This document shows positions 24,688-36,680 of a stretch of DNA of 64,000 nt, one piece after another. Source of the DNA: Basidiobolus meristosporus CBS 931.73 (Eukaryota > Fungi > Basidiobolomycota); contig MCFE01000089.1 in NCBI GenBank assembly GCA_002104905.1, positions 112,664 through 176,663 on the forward strand, written 5' to 3'. Made by a program: the position numbers and the translations under genes. The notes beneath the pieces were generated by a model. The model had not been told where the DNA came from and searched no databases. It saw only the letters and a program-made list of their open reading frames with translations. Positions within the stretch are counted from its first letter, which is position 1, and each line of letters begins with the position of its first letter.

Positions 24688-26609
24688 CGGGCTTCAGCAA
24701 GATTATGATCATCTCGTTTTTGCCAAGCTTCAGTCGAGATGCCAATTAAATCCTCCTAATAAGTTACATATAACCTGATCACTGTACCACCACGGTTTTT
24801 CTCACAATAAAGTCGGCCATTTCTAGTTGATATCCAACATTAAACACTGCTCCACTGTATAGTATCCCGGTTCGCCTGCTTCTGCCACCATTCAACCACC
24901 CGCAGTCGACTGGTCCGTAGGGGTTTCATGTATGCTGCGATTTTCCCATACACAGACACCATACCCGCATGGTAGATCGAAGTAGCACCTATCATGGCCA
25001 CACCCAAGGGTTGTGATATTTGCAGGAGATAAATCAAATTTATGGGATTAGTATGGCAACCTCAGTCTCACCAGGCCAATCGGGGCTCCCACCAAACCGT
25101 TCATCTCAGAAATATCCCTATTACTCCGGCGAACGCTGGCGTGAGAACTCCCCCCCCCCTCACAAGACCCCACTTCCTCAAAGAACCGTATCATCCACGT
25201 CGCGTGCTCTGGGATGGCCATATCTGCCTTAATTTCGACCCCTAGTGGCAACGCGATGGATGATTGGAGGTTGATTTAGATTTGGGTTTGGAGCTTCGAT
25301 CAATCGATTAACCGTTCGATCCCCAGCTTCCAAGGCGCGGTTGTCAAATGTCATTTACCTATGTGACTAACGAATGTCTATAGAAGGGGTGGAGCTCGTG
25401 CGCGGACATAACAAAGTGCTGCTTAGTTTAGGTTTAGCTACTTTACCGGAGGCCTGTGAAGGCAGTGGCTGGAACGGCATATTTGTGTCCAGACGACATG
25501 GTAGAATCCGACCCATCCAGGACGAAACTGGAAGAAGCTTATGCCTTCGAAGGATACATCTCTGCCAATTTTCTTCAAAAGCCTCCGGACCAATCCCTCC
25601 GTAGATTGGGCCATACGAATTGGGATCCATGGTTACAGGAGTGTATGGCGAAAACTACCATATCGGGTGGGGATTCTTTTCGTACACAAGATAACGTGCT
25701 GAGAAATCCCAGTTCGGCGTCGCTTTGAAACTGTGTCTCTCCCACTTACGCGACCCTATCTCGTCACCGCCATGGTTTTGTCACCGATCCGGTTTTCAAC
25801 TCTGGAGAATAACTTTTGCCCGAGGCCGACCGAGTGCTACAGTGTGAATACAAGGATCGTTTTGCCATCTAATATCCTGTGAGCACTCTTTCCATAAACA
25901 TCTGAAATTACACAACCATATTTGGAGCAGACCAAGTCACTGAAATGTCGACAAGGTCATATGGACAAGTTACAAGCGGGTTGACCGAGATGAGCAGATG
26001 GGATCATAATGGACATTTGGCCATGATTAGTAAAGCAAGTGGTCCAATGGGGATCGATGCATTTATTTTAGGCTCAAGTAGAGTTTGCCTTGCATGCCCA
26101 GATCTTACTCCATCGATGCACTAGCGCAGCGCTGTGGATTTGGCAGATGTGGGATTCGGCCATGGATGGTCGAGAGTAGTAGAGCATGGTGTCAGGTGCT
26201 GGTTTCGGCGTAAGGAAACACCCGTCCATGGCCAGGCGCTCGAATGATGTAAATGCCTTGCGCTCAAATTTCCATAGGTGTTGTCAGTCTTCCTGGATAC
26301 ACAAAGATCCCAAGCAGTCAGAATAGATGGGTTGAAATGTAATCCCATTAGTTTCTAAAATAGCAACCTCCAGAGGATAGGGAAAAAGTTTTCTGATAAG
26401 CCTTATGTCAATTTGAAATTAAAGTTTCACAAATGGATAGGTATGATTCTTGCGAATCGCCTGACCACAAATTCGTCGAGCCTTGCCAGTATAAAGCTAA
26501 GCCCAACCCAAGAGTCAAAAACCAGCAACTTGCGATTTCCGTTCTTCGCTTTACTTCCACTCCCACTTCCACTTCTGCCTTCAGCTGCTCCTGGTAGTTC
26601 CGCAACATT

Positions 26610-28333
26610 ATGACAGATAAGGACGTAAAGGTGGATAACCGTGAAATCGGCCACGAGGAAGGCTTAGCTCAGTCTTATCCAAAAGAGGACATCCAAGGGC
26701 TTCGACGAGTAGCTGGTAGAATTCCGATCGCCGCTTGGTTTATCATCATCAGTAAGTGCCTCTTGCCTCATTCCTCACTCTCCTGGAGTAGTCTCTTACC
26801 TCTACTTTCCCTCTTCTAGACGAGTTCTGTGAACGTTTTGCCTACTACGGTGGCTCAGCACCATTCACCAACTATGTACAGTTCCCACCCAACGATCCAA
26901 ACCAGGCTGGTGCATTAGGCAAGGGCCAGTCTGTTTCCACAGCACTGAAGCAGTTCTTCACCTTCTTCTGCTACCTGACTCCGCTTTTTGGCGCTGTGAT
27001 CGCAGATCAATACCTTGGAAAGTACAAGACCATCCTCATCTTCTCCATTATTTATATGCTTGGATGGCTCATTCTCACCATCACCGCCATTCCCTCCATC
27101 ATGTTTACCGCCGGCTATCCAGGCTACATTGTTTCATTGATCGTAATTGGTCTGGGCACTGGTGGCATCAAGCCTCTGGTTTCTCCCATGGCTGCTGATC
27201 AATATAGCCAGGCTGAGCCAGAGGTTTGTGTGATCAAGGGCGAGCGTGTAGTGGTGGACCCAGAGCTCAACGCCCAGCACTTGTACAATTGGTTCTACTG
27301 GGCGGTGAATGTCGGATCATTGATTGGTGGTATCGTCACACCTCAGATCGAACTCCATTCTGGCTTCTGGCTTGCATATCTTGTTCCTACCTGCATGTTC
27401 GTCGTTGCCATCGTCGTCTTTGTTGCTGGTAACAAACTCTATCGCAAGGTCCCCCCATCTGGAGACTCCGCCATTGTCAAAGGATATCGCTGCTACAAGT
27501 ATGCCTATCAGCGCGCTTCCAAGGCCAGCGTCAAGCCTGCTAACATTCTGGACGCAGCCAAGAGTAGCTGCGAGGGGATCCCAGCCGAGACCGAGTCCGA
27601 GAGAGCCTCCAGGGTTTGGGATGATCGCTTCGTGGATGATCTGAAGCAAACCATCATGGCCTGCAAGATCTTCATTCCTCTGGCCATTTACTGGACTGCG
27701 TACAACCAGATCACATCCAACTTGATTTCTCAAGCTGCTGTCATGGATCTCCCCAAGAACATTCCTAACGATATTGTTAACAACATCGATCCTATTACAT
27801 TGATCATCTTCTTGCCTCTCATGGACCTGTTTGTGTACCCCATCTTGAGAAAGATGAACATGAACCCTCGTCCCATGACTCGTATCACCATTGGCTTCTT
27901 CCTTGGCGCCCTCGCCATGGCCGCCTCCGCCATTGTCCAGAACGAGATTTACAGACGCCAAGACCACGGCTTGCCCCTGCTTAGTGTCTGGTGGCAGATT
28001 CCTGCCTACGTTCTCATCGCGTTGTCTGAGATTTTCGCTAGTGTCACATCCTTGGAGTACTCCTACACCCATGCCCCCGATTCCCTCAAGGGCACTGTAT
28101 CCGCATTGTCTCTCCTACCTAATGCTGTTGCCGCATTGCTTGGTATCGCCCTCGCACCAGTCTCCGAGGATCCCTATCTCACCTGGCTGTACGCTGGGAT
28201 TGGTATCGCGTGCTTCGTGGTAGGAATCCTCTTCTGGTTCTTCTTCAAGCATTACGATGCGCTCGATGACGAGATCAAGCGCCAGAGAATGTTAGCAGAC
28301 ACCGGTGACGACTTCAAGGGCAACGACCTTTGA
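26610..28333 (+). CDS. PTR2: POT/PTR oligopeptide transporter, copy B; exons 26610-26751 and 26820-28333, about 551 aa
   Basis: Same motifs and the same intron position as copy A; tandem paralog. Confidence 0.93.
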
Positions 28334-29046
28334 TTCTCACATCATGGTGATTAATTTTTGTCCCATCCATCTCCATCAAGTATATAATAATTCAGAACGA
28401 CCTGGGATCATCTTCCGCTTAAAATCTTGCAAAATAAATTTCATTTATCAAGCCTAATATCTTATTGCTCCGCGCATGTTCGGGACATACCATATAGCTA
28501 CACTCCACCCTATTTGGGTCCTTCTGATGGATGACTTGGGCTCTAACCACGACCAGCAGCGCTGTACCATACGATTATTCAAATACAGGGATATCAATAT
28601 TGGGCTTTTTTATGGTTTTCATACAAATACCTTTGCAGTACGGTCTTGTGATGGTATTCCACCCCCAGATACAACCATGAATTCTGGACTGCTCATAACT
28701 TTTCGGAAGACTTGGTTTGCCTAGGAATAGTGCATGTATTGGGCTACATTATTGCATGTAGTATTAAACTTAGATATGGGCCCAAGTTGTGAGCTTAGTC
28801 CAAGTTGGATTTCTGCTGATTTTCATATGGTGTTCTGATGGTGTCCATCAGACATTTCTGGATGTATACATAGACTGGGTGAACTGAAAGTAGTTGGATG
28901 CCAGCGGTGCATGAGAAAGACTTCGAGAGCTGAATAGGTCATGAACTTCAGGGACATGATTACTGCAATATTTAATGAGGATCATAGCCACAGCTGCACA
29001 CATCACTAATGAAAGTAACATTTATAGAAGACTAAGAAATCCGGGG

Positions 29047-32000
29047 TTAATTGAAATATCTGGGTTCGTCGAAGACGTGGTATCTATGCTTTCGCACACC
29101 TTGACCATAGAATTGAGGTGGATAGCGATGGTCTAAAGGTACTTCGGACTCAGGGACACGGCGGTAGATATCCTTGGGCAAGTCCGCCTCATCGACGATT
29201 TGGAATTTGCCCGACTGGATCTCGGTGTCGGTGATCCCCCCGTGGGAGATTCTGGCGTAGCCGATACGCTTCACTCCACGGAATGCCACATACTCGCACC
29301 ATCTATCGTCATCCGTGGGATCGATATCGTTGACGTTACCGTCATCGATGAGGATGTGGTAGTTGCCCATATGTGGCTTGGTCACCACATAGCCTAGGAA
29401 GACGAATGGGTTTGACGACTCGCGCATAATCCTGGCAATCTCGGTGGTTTGCAGTTGACGATCCAATGGATCCTCTTCTTGGCCGTTGTGCGAGACGATA
29501 ACATCTACATATTTGCCGTACACGTCAAGGGTAGCATGGATGGCGCAGGCCAGCTCTCCCACGGGCGAGGGGAGAAGATGGTGAGTGGAGTTGACTATGG
29601 GGAACTTCGAGAGCAGTGTGCATCCCCATGTATGGCTGGTGGGACCTGGTCCGAAATCTGCATACATGTTCAAATCCTCGGCCAAAGATTGAGTAAGATC
29701 ACGGTTGCCCATGATGATGCGTTGAGTGTCCGATTCGAGCAAGCCGATTACGTCTAGCTCAAGCTCACGAATAGCATCCCGCATTCTGACTTCACTGGCC
29801 CACATATCGTTGTCAAGGGCAAAGTGGATGGTCCAGATGCCGGCAGTCATAATCTTGCTCTCGGGGTGATATGGCTGAGGCTTCTGTAGTGGAATTCTGG
29901 ACACATAGGCAAGGCCACCTGCCACAACCAAGCCAATGAGCTTCCAGTTGAGGATCTTGCGACGAGCCTTGAACAAAGGAGAGTCCTGCTTCTTGTGGTA
30001 TTTCTCATCAGCTGGAGGCATGCTTACAAGCCCAATGCCGATCAATCCCATCATAACGATCAGAATGATATGGGTGCTTTCACGCAGGTAAGGTCCACCG
30101 GGAACAAATGCATATGCAACCACCCAGACATGCATGAGATCCAAGATGTTGTAGGTAAGCATTGCGAGGAACAACGTACGTCCAGGTGGGCAAACGCTGA
30201 TCGCGCGGATGAACGAGGGGAAGATGGACATGGTGTAGATAGCAAACACTAATCCAGCAGCAAACCCAGGGAGCTCTGGGACGTAGTACAAGCCAAAGAC
30301 TGAGCCAGTGCCAAGGATCCACCACACAAAGCTGGTGACAAACGACTTGCGAGAGAGTCCATATCCTACTGCCAAGGCAGCAATCACCAAGGCTCCCCAA
30401 GGAACAGGGGCTGGCTCGTGTTGTGAATATCCACGAGCAATCCAACGAGAGATAATTGAAGAGTCGGACAACATGCTATGCAAGATAAAGAATATAGCAC
30501 CGAAGCCAACGGAAACTCCGCTCCAACGGACGCTGGAGTTGACGGCGACGATGCGCTTTTGACTGGGCGAGACATCGGTGAAATCTCTAACAATCAATGC
30601 CAAACAGGCCACAACGCCTATGATAATCCCTGTCTCATTGGCACCCCCGTTTTCTGCTCTCATGATTGGCCAGATAGGGTTGTTGCTCTTCCACATAGCT
30701 TTCGCAACATTATGGGCAACGAGACCAAGTGCCAATGTTCCGATGTCTCTGTCCAATCGGCCGGTCTTGTCGTGCTCTTCATACCAAGTAGCAGCCCAAG
30801 TGGTCAAACTGATGCCACATCCGATAGCAGCATAGAAGAGCCGATCAACTGGGCTGGTCCACGTGTATGAAGCAACGCCGATAAGGGAGATAAGGTGGAA
30901 GAAGCCTCTATAAGAGCGAATGAAGCTACGCAAGAACGAGAACCCAAGGACGACCGGAAGAAGGGTAATGAACAAGAAGGCTTCGTATCCAGAGATGCCC
31001 ATGTCCCACAGTGGGAAATACCAGATGAGTAGGGGTAGTGCAGTGAGCATAGACCAGAACACAAAGCCAAGGTAAATGTCGGCGCTTAGATAGATGATGT
31101 TAGAGAACCACCCAGGGTTGGCAGCTGCAATCTCCTTTTTTACTGGGCTCTTCTCCACGGCACTGTAGGCCCCATCACGTAGCTGCTTCTCCATGATGTT
31201 TGCGTCCAGCACCTGAATGTGAAGATTTTGGAAGTCGAACATGGAGATGCTATCGAAGGCGATATCGTATATGATAAGAGACCACTCGAAGAAGGCATAT
31301 ATGGTATAAGCCCCAGGAACCTTGTCGACCTTGTGCTTAACAAAGAAGTAGGCCAAGGGAGCTAGGGTGAAGATGAACAACCCACAAATAGCTCTACGAA
31401 GTCTATTGGCTCTCAGGGCGGATGTCTGCTTACTGCTGAGAATACTGGACGAGGAGGTATAGATGGTTCCGAACATGTAAGGGAAAGTAAGCAAGATGTA
31501 TAGAAGCATTCCAACATCATGAATCAAGTGATCATCGGTAGAAGTGATATATACAAAGACGCCACAGGACACGGTACGAACAATGCCTATTGCGAGAAGA
31601 ACCTTCTTGAAGAGAGTCGAGGAGCCGCGTTGGGTAGTGACAAAGTACCAGAGGAATAAAAGTAGGAATCTAGGAGCTAATGCCAATTAATTAACCGAAC
31701 ATCCCCAGCAACAGGTAGGCACTTACTTGCGGTTGCAGCAATAAAAATCTGGAAGACGGCTCTGGCCGGATATCTATCGCCAACAGTAGCACTAACACTA
31801 GGGAACCATTCCTTTGCGAAAACGTTAGCTATTGAAAGATGACAAGTAACGGACGTGACAAGCTTACATCTGGATAGCCAAAATACTCGTTTTCGACTAT
31901 TTTGTGGTAGTGTGTCTGACAGCCAATAGCTAAAGCGACCAGGAAGGCGCCTAAACGAGAGGGTGTGTATTAGGCCAGGTACCTTCTTACAAGCAACAAC

Positions 32001-32197
32001 AGACGTACCAAGAGCGAGTACGGTATGTAGATACGAGACATATTTGCCGTTAAACTTGAGAAAAACATTAGTGGGAAAGCACGTGAGGGCCGCAAAGTTC
32101 TAGGGCTACATACCCCTCCAAGCACGGCTTGGTCTGTAACCTCAGCCGAGGCCTCAGAAACAAGAGGTTCACGTTTCGGACGTCGCGAAGTAGCCAT
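29047..32197 (-). CDS. CWH43: CWH43/PGAP2-interacting protein (GPI lipid remodelling; Frag1/DRAM domain plus C-terminal endonuclease/exonuclease/phosphatase-like domain), 5 exons
   Basis: Spliced N-terminus [59 protein letters not shown]-terminus [24 protein letters not shown] and [14 protein letters not shown]. Confidence 0.93.
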
Positions 32198-33088
32198 CTT
32201 GAAGAATACTTTTCACCTCAGCACTAAGCTATAGAGTGTGAAGAGGGGCAAGACAATAGGAGGATAATTTTTGCGTACGCCGCTTTTATTGTGCCAATTC
32301 AATGGTAGCATAGATTTTCGTGGAACTTGACGTAAGATAAATAGAAATCCATCCCAATGCCAATCCTAGTTATCATGCCACTGCTAAATATCCAGGAGCA
32401 ATCCGATCATTTAACGCACCATGGATCATGCCATGGATTTTCGTTCGGGTAATCCCTGATACGTCCAGTGATGCCAAAGTCAATTAGGATTGAGAAAGAG
32501 CCGGGCATGATGCATAGGGTACGCAGACTTGGTTTGATTCTAGTTGGCACACCTCCTGGCATAGCAGCCGTGTTGAAGACCACCGGCACTACGACGCCGC
32601 ATCGTGGACTTCACTCGTCAAGCAGGCTCTTTGTCAGATCACAAGCTAAATGGGTTGGAGTGCCCTACAAGCTCAGCAGCTACAGCAAGGAACAAAGCTC
32701 ACTTATTGTAGAAGAGGGTATACCATACAGACACAGAATGAAGGACATTTCCATCACGGCCTCACAGACTCCTCGGAGAATTTACTTCTACTCGCCAGGC
32801 CGATTATTCGATCCCCTGTAATGAGGATTAGAAATTCATTATACATGCACGAGCAACTCCACTGTACAATCCAGTCTGAATATCGAAGCTTGGATGTGCC
32901 GATAACAATTCATGATCTTCTATTGTGCTTCGTGATGCATCCGCCGCTGCAGATTCCCAAAAGCACAATGCCAGATCGCTACTACGAAATGGTGGAGCGG
33001 AAGTGGCTACCTGGTATTTAAGAAGTCGTCCATCCTTTCGGTATGAAAGTATTCGAACTGCCTTCTTTTAACTGATCAGCAATTCTTC

Positions 33089-34484
33089 ATGAAAATGATC
33101 AAAGTCGTCGGCCTTCTCTGCTTGCTCTCTTCTGTCATTGTGGATTCAAAGATCCTACTTGGATACTACACCGACTACGCTGCAGACCTCTTTCCACCCT
33201 CCGCCGTGACCTACAAGGACTTGACCCATATCAACTACGGTACGTTTGTAATAACCAAGCGTCTTTTAAAGGGTAGCTAATAACGCTTGCATTTGTTATC
33301 CAGCCTTCGCGATGTTTGATAACATCAACTATACTCCAACCATCAAGTCCGGAGCTGTTCTTACCGATTTGGTCACCAGAGCTCACGCGAATGACACAAA
33401 GGTGTTGATCTCTATAGGCGGCTGGGGCGGGTCGATGCACTTCAGCAGCATGAGTATGTTCAATCACACGCGCACCATGTTCATCGAAGGGGCGATTCAA
33501 TTGCTGAGAACGTATAACTTAGACGGGATAGATATCGACTGGGAGTTCCCGGGACGCCTTGGGGACGTCATGAATGAAGTCAATGTGCAACTTGATACGT
33601 CGAACTTTCTGGTGCTGTTGAAGGAACTCAAGCAGGAATTGATCAAGCGTTCGTTGGGAGACAAGCTGGTAACACTGGCAGTTCGCCAGGAGCCATTCGA
33701 TGGTCCTGATGGACCCATGAAGGACGTATATGAGTTCGGTCGAGTGGTGGATTATGTTGGAATCATGGCTTACGATGTTTTCGGCTCCGAAGTGCCAACC
33801 ACCGGGCCCAACGCACCGTTGCACTCCGTCCCTGGCCAAAACCCACCTCTTTCGGTTAGTCAGGCTGGAAACGCATGGAACAAAGCAGGGATCCCCAGGG
33901 AGAAGATTGTGCTTGGAGTGCCGTTCTACGGACGTTTGTCCACGGTTGATGTGGATATGAGTCTAAGCGATAACATGTTCGTCCCACATTCAAGTCGCTA
34001 TGCAAAAGGCATGGGACCCTCTCAGAAAATCTTACCTTCGATCCAATACAAGTCTCCTGATGCAGCACTGCAGATTTTCGAACGTCGTACGATGATTCCC
34101 TGGTCGTATCTGATGACATATCAAGTATTGACCACCCCCACTGTAGCCAACGGAACGGCAGGCTGGATCCGTAAATTCGACAACGCCACTCAAACTCCGT
34201 GGCTTTTTCACGTGGGCACCAAGACCTTTGTCTCCTATGATGACCCACAGTCTCTAGAGGCGAAGGCGGCTTATTCTTGTAGAGAAGGATATGGGGGGCT
34301 TATGATTTGGGCTCTGGATCACGACAACGGCCATCTGTTGAGCTCATTAAGTGCAGCAAGCCAGTGTCAAGTGCGGCCAATGAACGAGCGCACGCTTTCC
34401 TCCAGCCCTTCACGTGTCCATGCAAGGTGGATGTTGTTCAACGGAGTACTGGCCACCTTGCTACTGAAATCCATCGTTTATTAA
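33089..34484 (+). CDS. GH18 chitinase, secreted, possibly GPI-anchored; exons 33089-33239 and 33304-34484
   Basis: Signal-peptide-like N-terminus, GYYTDY..LTHINYAF, ISIGGWGGS, intact catalytic LDGIDIDWEFP, IMAYD, SYDDPQSLEAKAAY..GGLMIWALD, and a hydrophobic C-terminal tail. Confidence 0.92.
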
Positions 34485-35378
34485 TGGCCCCACCTTCACG
34501 GAATTGAGGGGTGGCACCTCCCCCTCCGCTAGAATAGACTTAATATTATATTTTACACTATACCCCGAGTTGTATAAGAATAAACACCGTCTTACATTCT
34601 GTTGACCCACAACCTTCTGTAACAAAATAGACTCAAAATATGCACCAAGCCCCATTGGCTGGCTACCAACTGGCCGGGCAGCCAGCCCCGGTAGCACTTC
34701 GAAGCCCAGGAGCCAACCAAGGCCCGCTACATTGGTACTTCATCGCATGCCTGCAATGCCGCTTGCTAATCACAATCACGTCCATGGTGGAGCCGAAATC
34801 CGCCAATTCGTTGCCAAACCTGTACCTTCCACAAACACCAAAATAACCCATATCCATGGAAATTACCAGAACACCACCAATACCCTAGGAACCGTCACGG
34901 TCGATGACGCCCTAACAGGCGACCTTTTTATGGAAATCGGCTCAAAAATAGCGGGGACCTCTCTCCCCGTAGGGATTGGCTCAGAAGTACAAATAGAAAA
35001 CGGCGCTGTGTGTACTTGCCAAGAATGTTTATACATGGAAGTTTTGAAAATACATGAAGCAAGTGGCTCGGGCTACAAAGGATCTGTGAATTAGAACAGC
35101 GGGAAATATACATTGATCTGGGCATGACTCATTGGGACCGATCAATGAGTAGTATATCAAGCCATTCATAGATTACTAGGATCGTGTGAATATTAGACCA
35201 AACGGAGGCACCTGTACATTAGTATGTGCGACTACAGACGGGAGAAGGAAAATAAGAATAAATTTATCAGGTGCATGAGGCGAAGCTTGTCCAAGTGCTT
35301 TTAGAGCCTTGGTATACTACCAGGGCATAGGTACAAGCTTCATGCTGATAAGGATCTATTGGACGGCAGGGAAATCCT

Positions 35379-36680
35379 CTAATTCGTGCCAGCCTCATTA
35401 AAGAAGATCACCATCACTGTGATATCATCGCGAGTGCTCCTCGAGTAAGGTGGCCTGGGCGCCAGCTTGTAAGTAAGGCTTCGTTGATTACTTCCTCCAA
35501 AAGCGTTGCGGATGAGGTGAGTAGAGGCGTTTTCATCCGTGAAACACCAGCGCGATTCGTCTTGGCGCGGATGTTGACGGAGATGAGATGCGACAAGTTG
35601 AACTATCTGGTCGTTGTTCAGCTCGTCGTAGAGTCCGTCCGATGCCAAAATCAGGAACCGGTCGGAAGAAGTAAGATGGCGGTGCTGGACTTCTGGTAAA
35701 GAGGAGATATAGGGTGGTGAGTGATAATGCTCCAAGCTGGCACGGACATCTGGGAAATATTGGTTGGGAATGCCAGATTGTGTGTCATAGTCCCACTTCA
35801 AGTCGTAATCACCTGCGAAATAGGTTGAAACATGTTAATAACCGGACTACATGCTACGCATTCCAAACGTACGCTTACCAAATGCTCTGGTGGGTGCCAA
35901 CAGCCCCAGAACACGATCCAGACTAAATAGGGTCTCATGTTCATTGGGATGCTCCTCATGCATCCGCTTTTGCTCATCAAGATTCTGTGCAGTATGATCG
36001 TTGCTCATGGTCTCAGCACGCCAACCATTCTCGTCACACACTCCGATGACTGCTCTTGAATCGCCAGTGTTAGCGATATAGAGGTCGCTGTTGACGGTGT
36101 CGATGTAGGTGAGTAAAGCACATGAGCCCGAAACGGCGGCCAAAAAGTCCTCTCCTGGTTCCTCTCCAGTCCCGGTAACTATCTCTTGAAGAGCTTTCTT
36201 CGAAATGTCCTCGTCCAGGTCAACAAAACAGTTCTGGATGGAGCGGGTCACCGCTTCGACCCGGGAGGCCTCAGTCTCGAGAGCATGAATGTCCAAGGCC
36301 TCGATTCGCTCCAAGACTTTGTTCGGTAAAATATTACGTACAATCTCGGCACACTCTGGCCCCCCGTGGCCATCAAAGACGCCAAACAAAAGAGAGTTGG
36401 GATCCTCCACCTTAAAACAGTGTTGATCTTCGCCCGGATCGTTCGAGGCAATATGATTGATATCAAAACGCTCGACGACCTTGTTGTCCAGGGTGTGAGA
36501 GACTTCATTTTGTACAAGCAAGGTTTTGATTTCAGGCCAAGTCAGGTCATCATCCTCGTACTCTTGCTCATCATCGGTAAATATATAGTTATTGAGCTCA
36601 GGGTAGTTGTCTGAAGACATGCAGTAGGAAGTAGGTGTGGTAGAGAGGAGGTTTGGAACAGCAGCGCTAACTAGACTCAT
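35379..36680 (-). CDS. PP2C-family phosphatase (pyruvate dehydrogenase phosphatase/Ptc5-like); intron 35813-35878
   Basis: GVFDGHGG, IANTGDSRAVIG, SNDH, spliced LAPTRAFGDYDLKW, PPYISSLPEV, FLILASDGLYD, NASTHLIRNA, RDDITVMVIFF. Confidence 0.9.

Noticed and set aside
29995-31070. Several overlapping short ORFs on both strands
   Set aside because: Shadow frames of the CWH43 CDS.
32468-33021. 117-aa and 123-aa ORFs between CWH43 and the chitinase
   Set aside because: No motifs or credible splice structure; this is probably the shared promoter region.
34640-35094. Short ORFs between the chitinase and PP2C (68 and 120 aa)
   Set aside because: No recognisable domain. A small gene or pseudogene cannot be excluded but is not supportable from the sequence.
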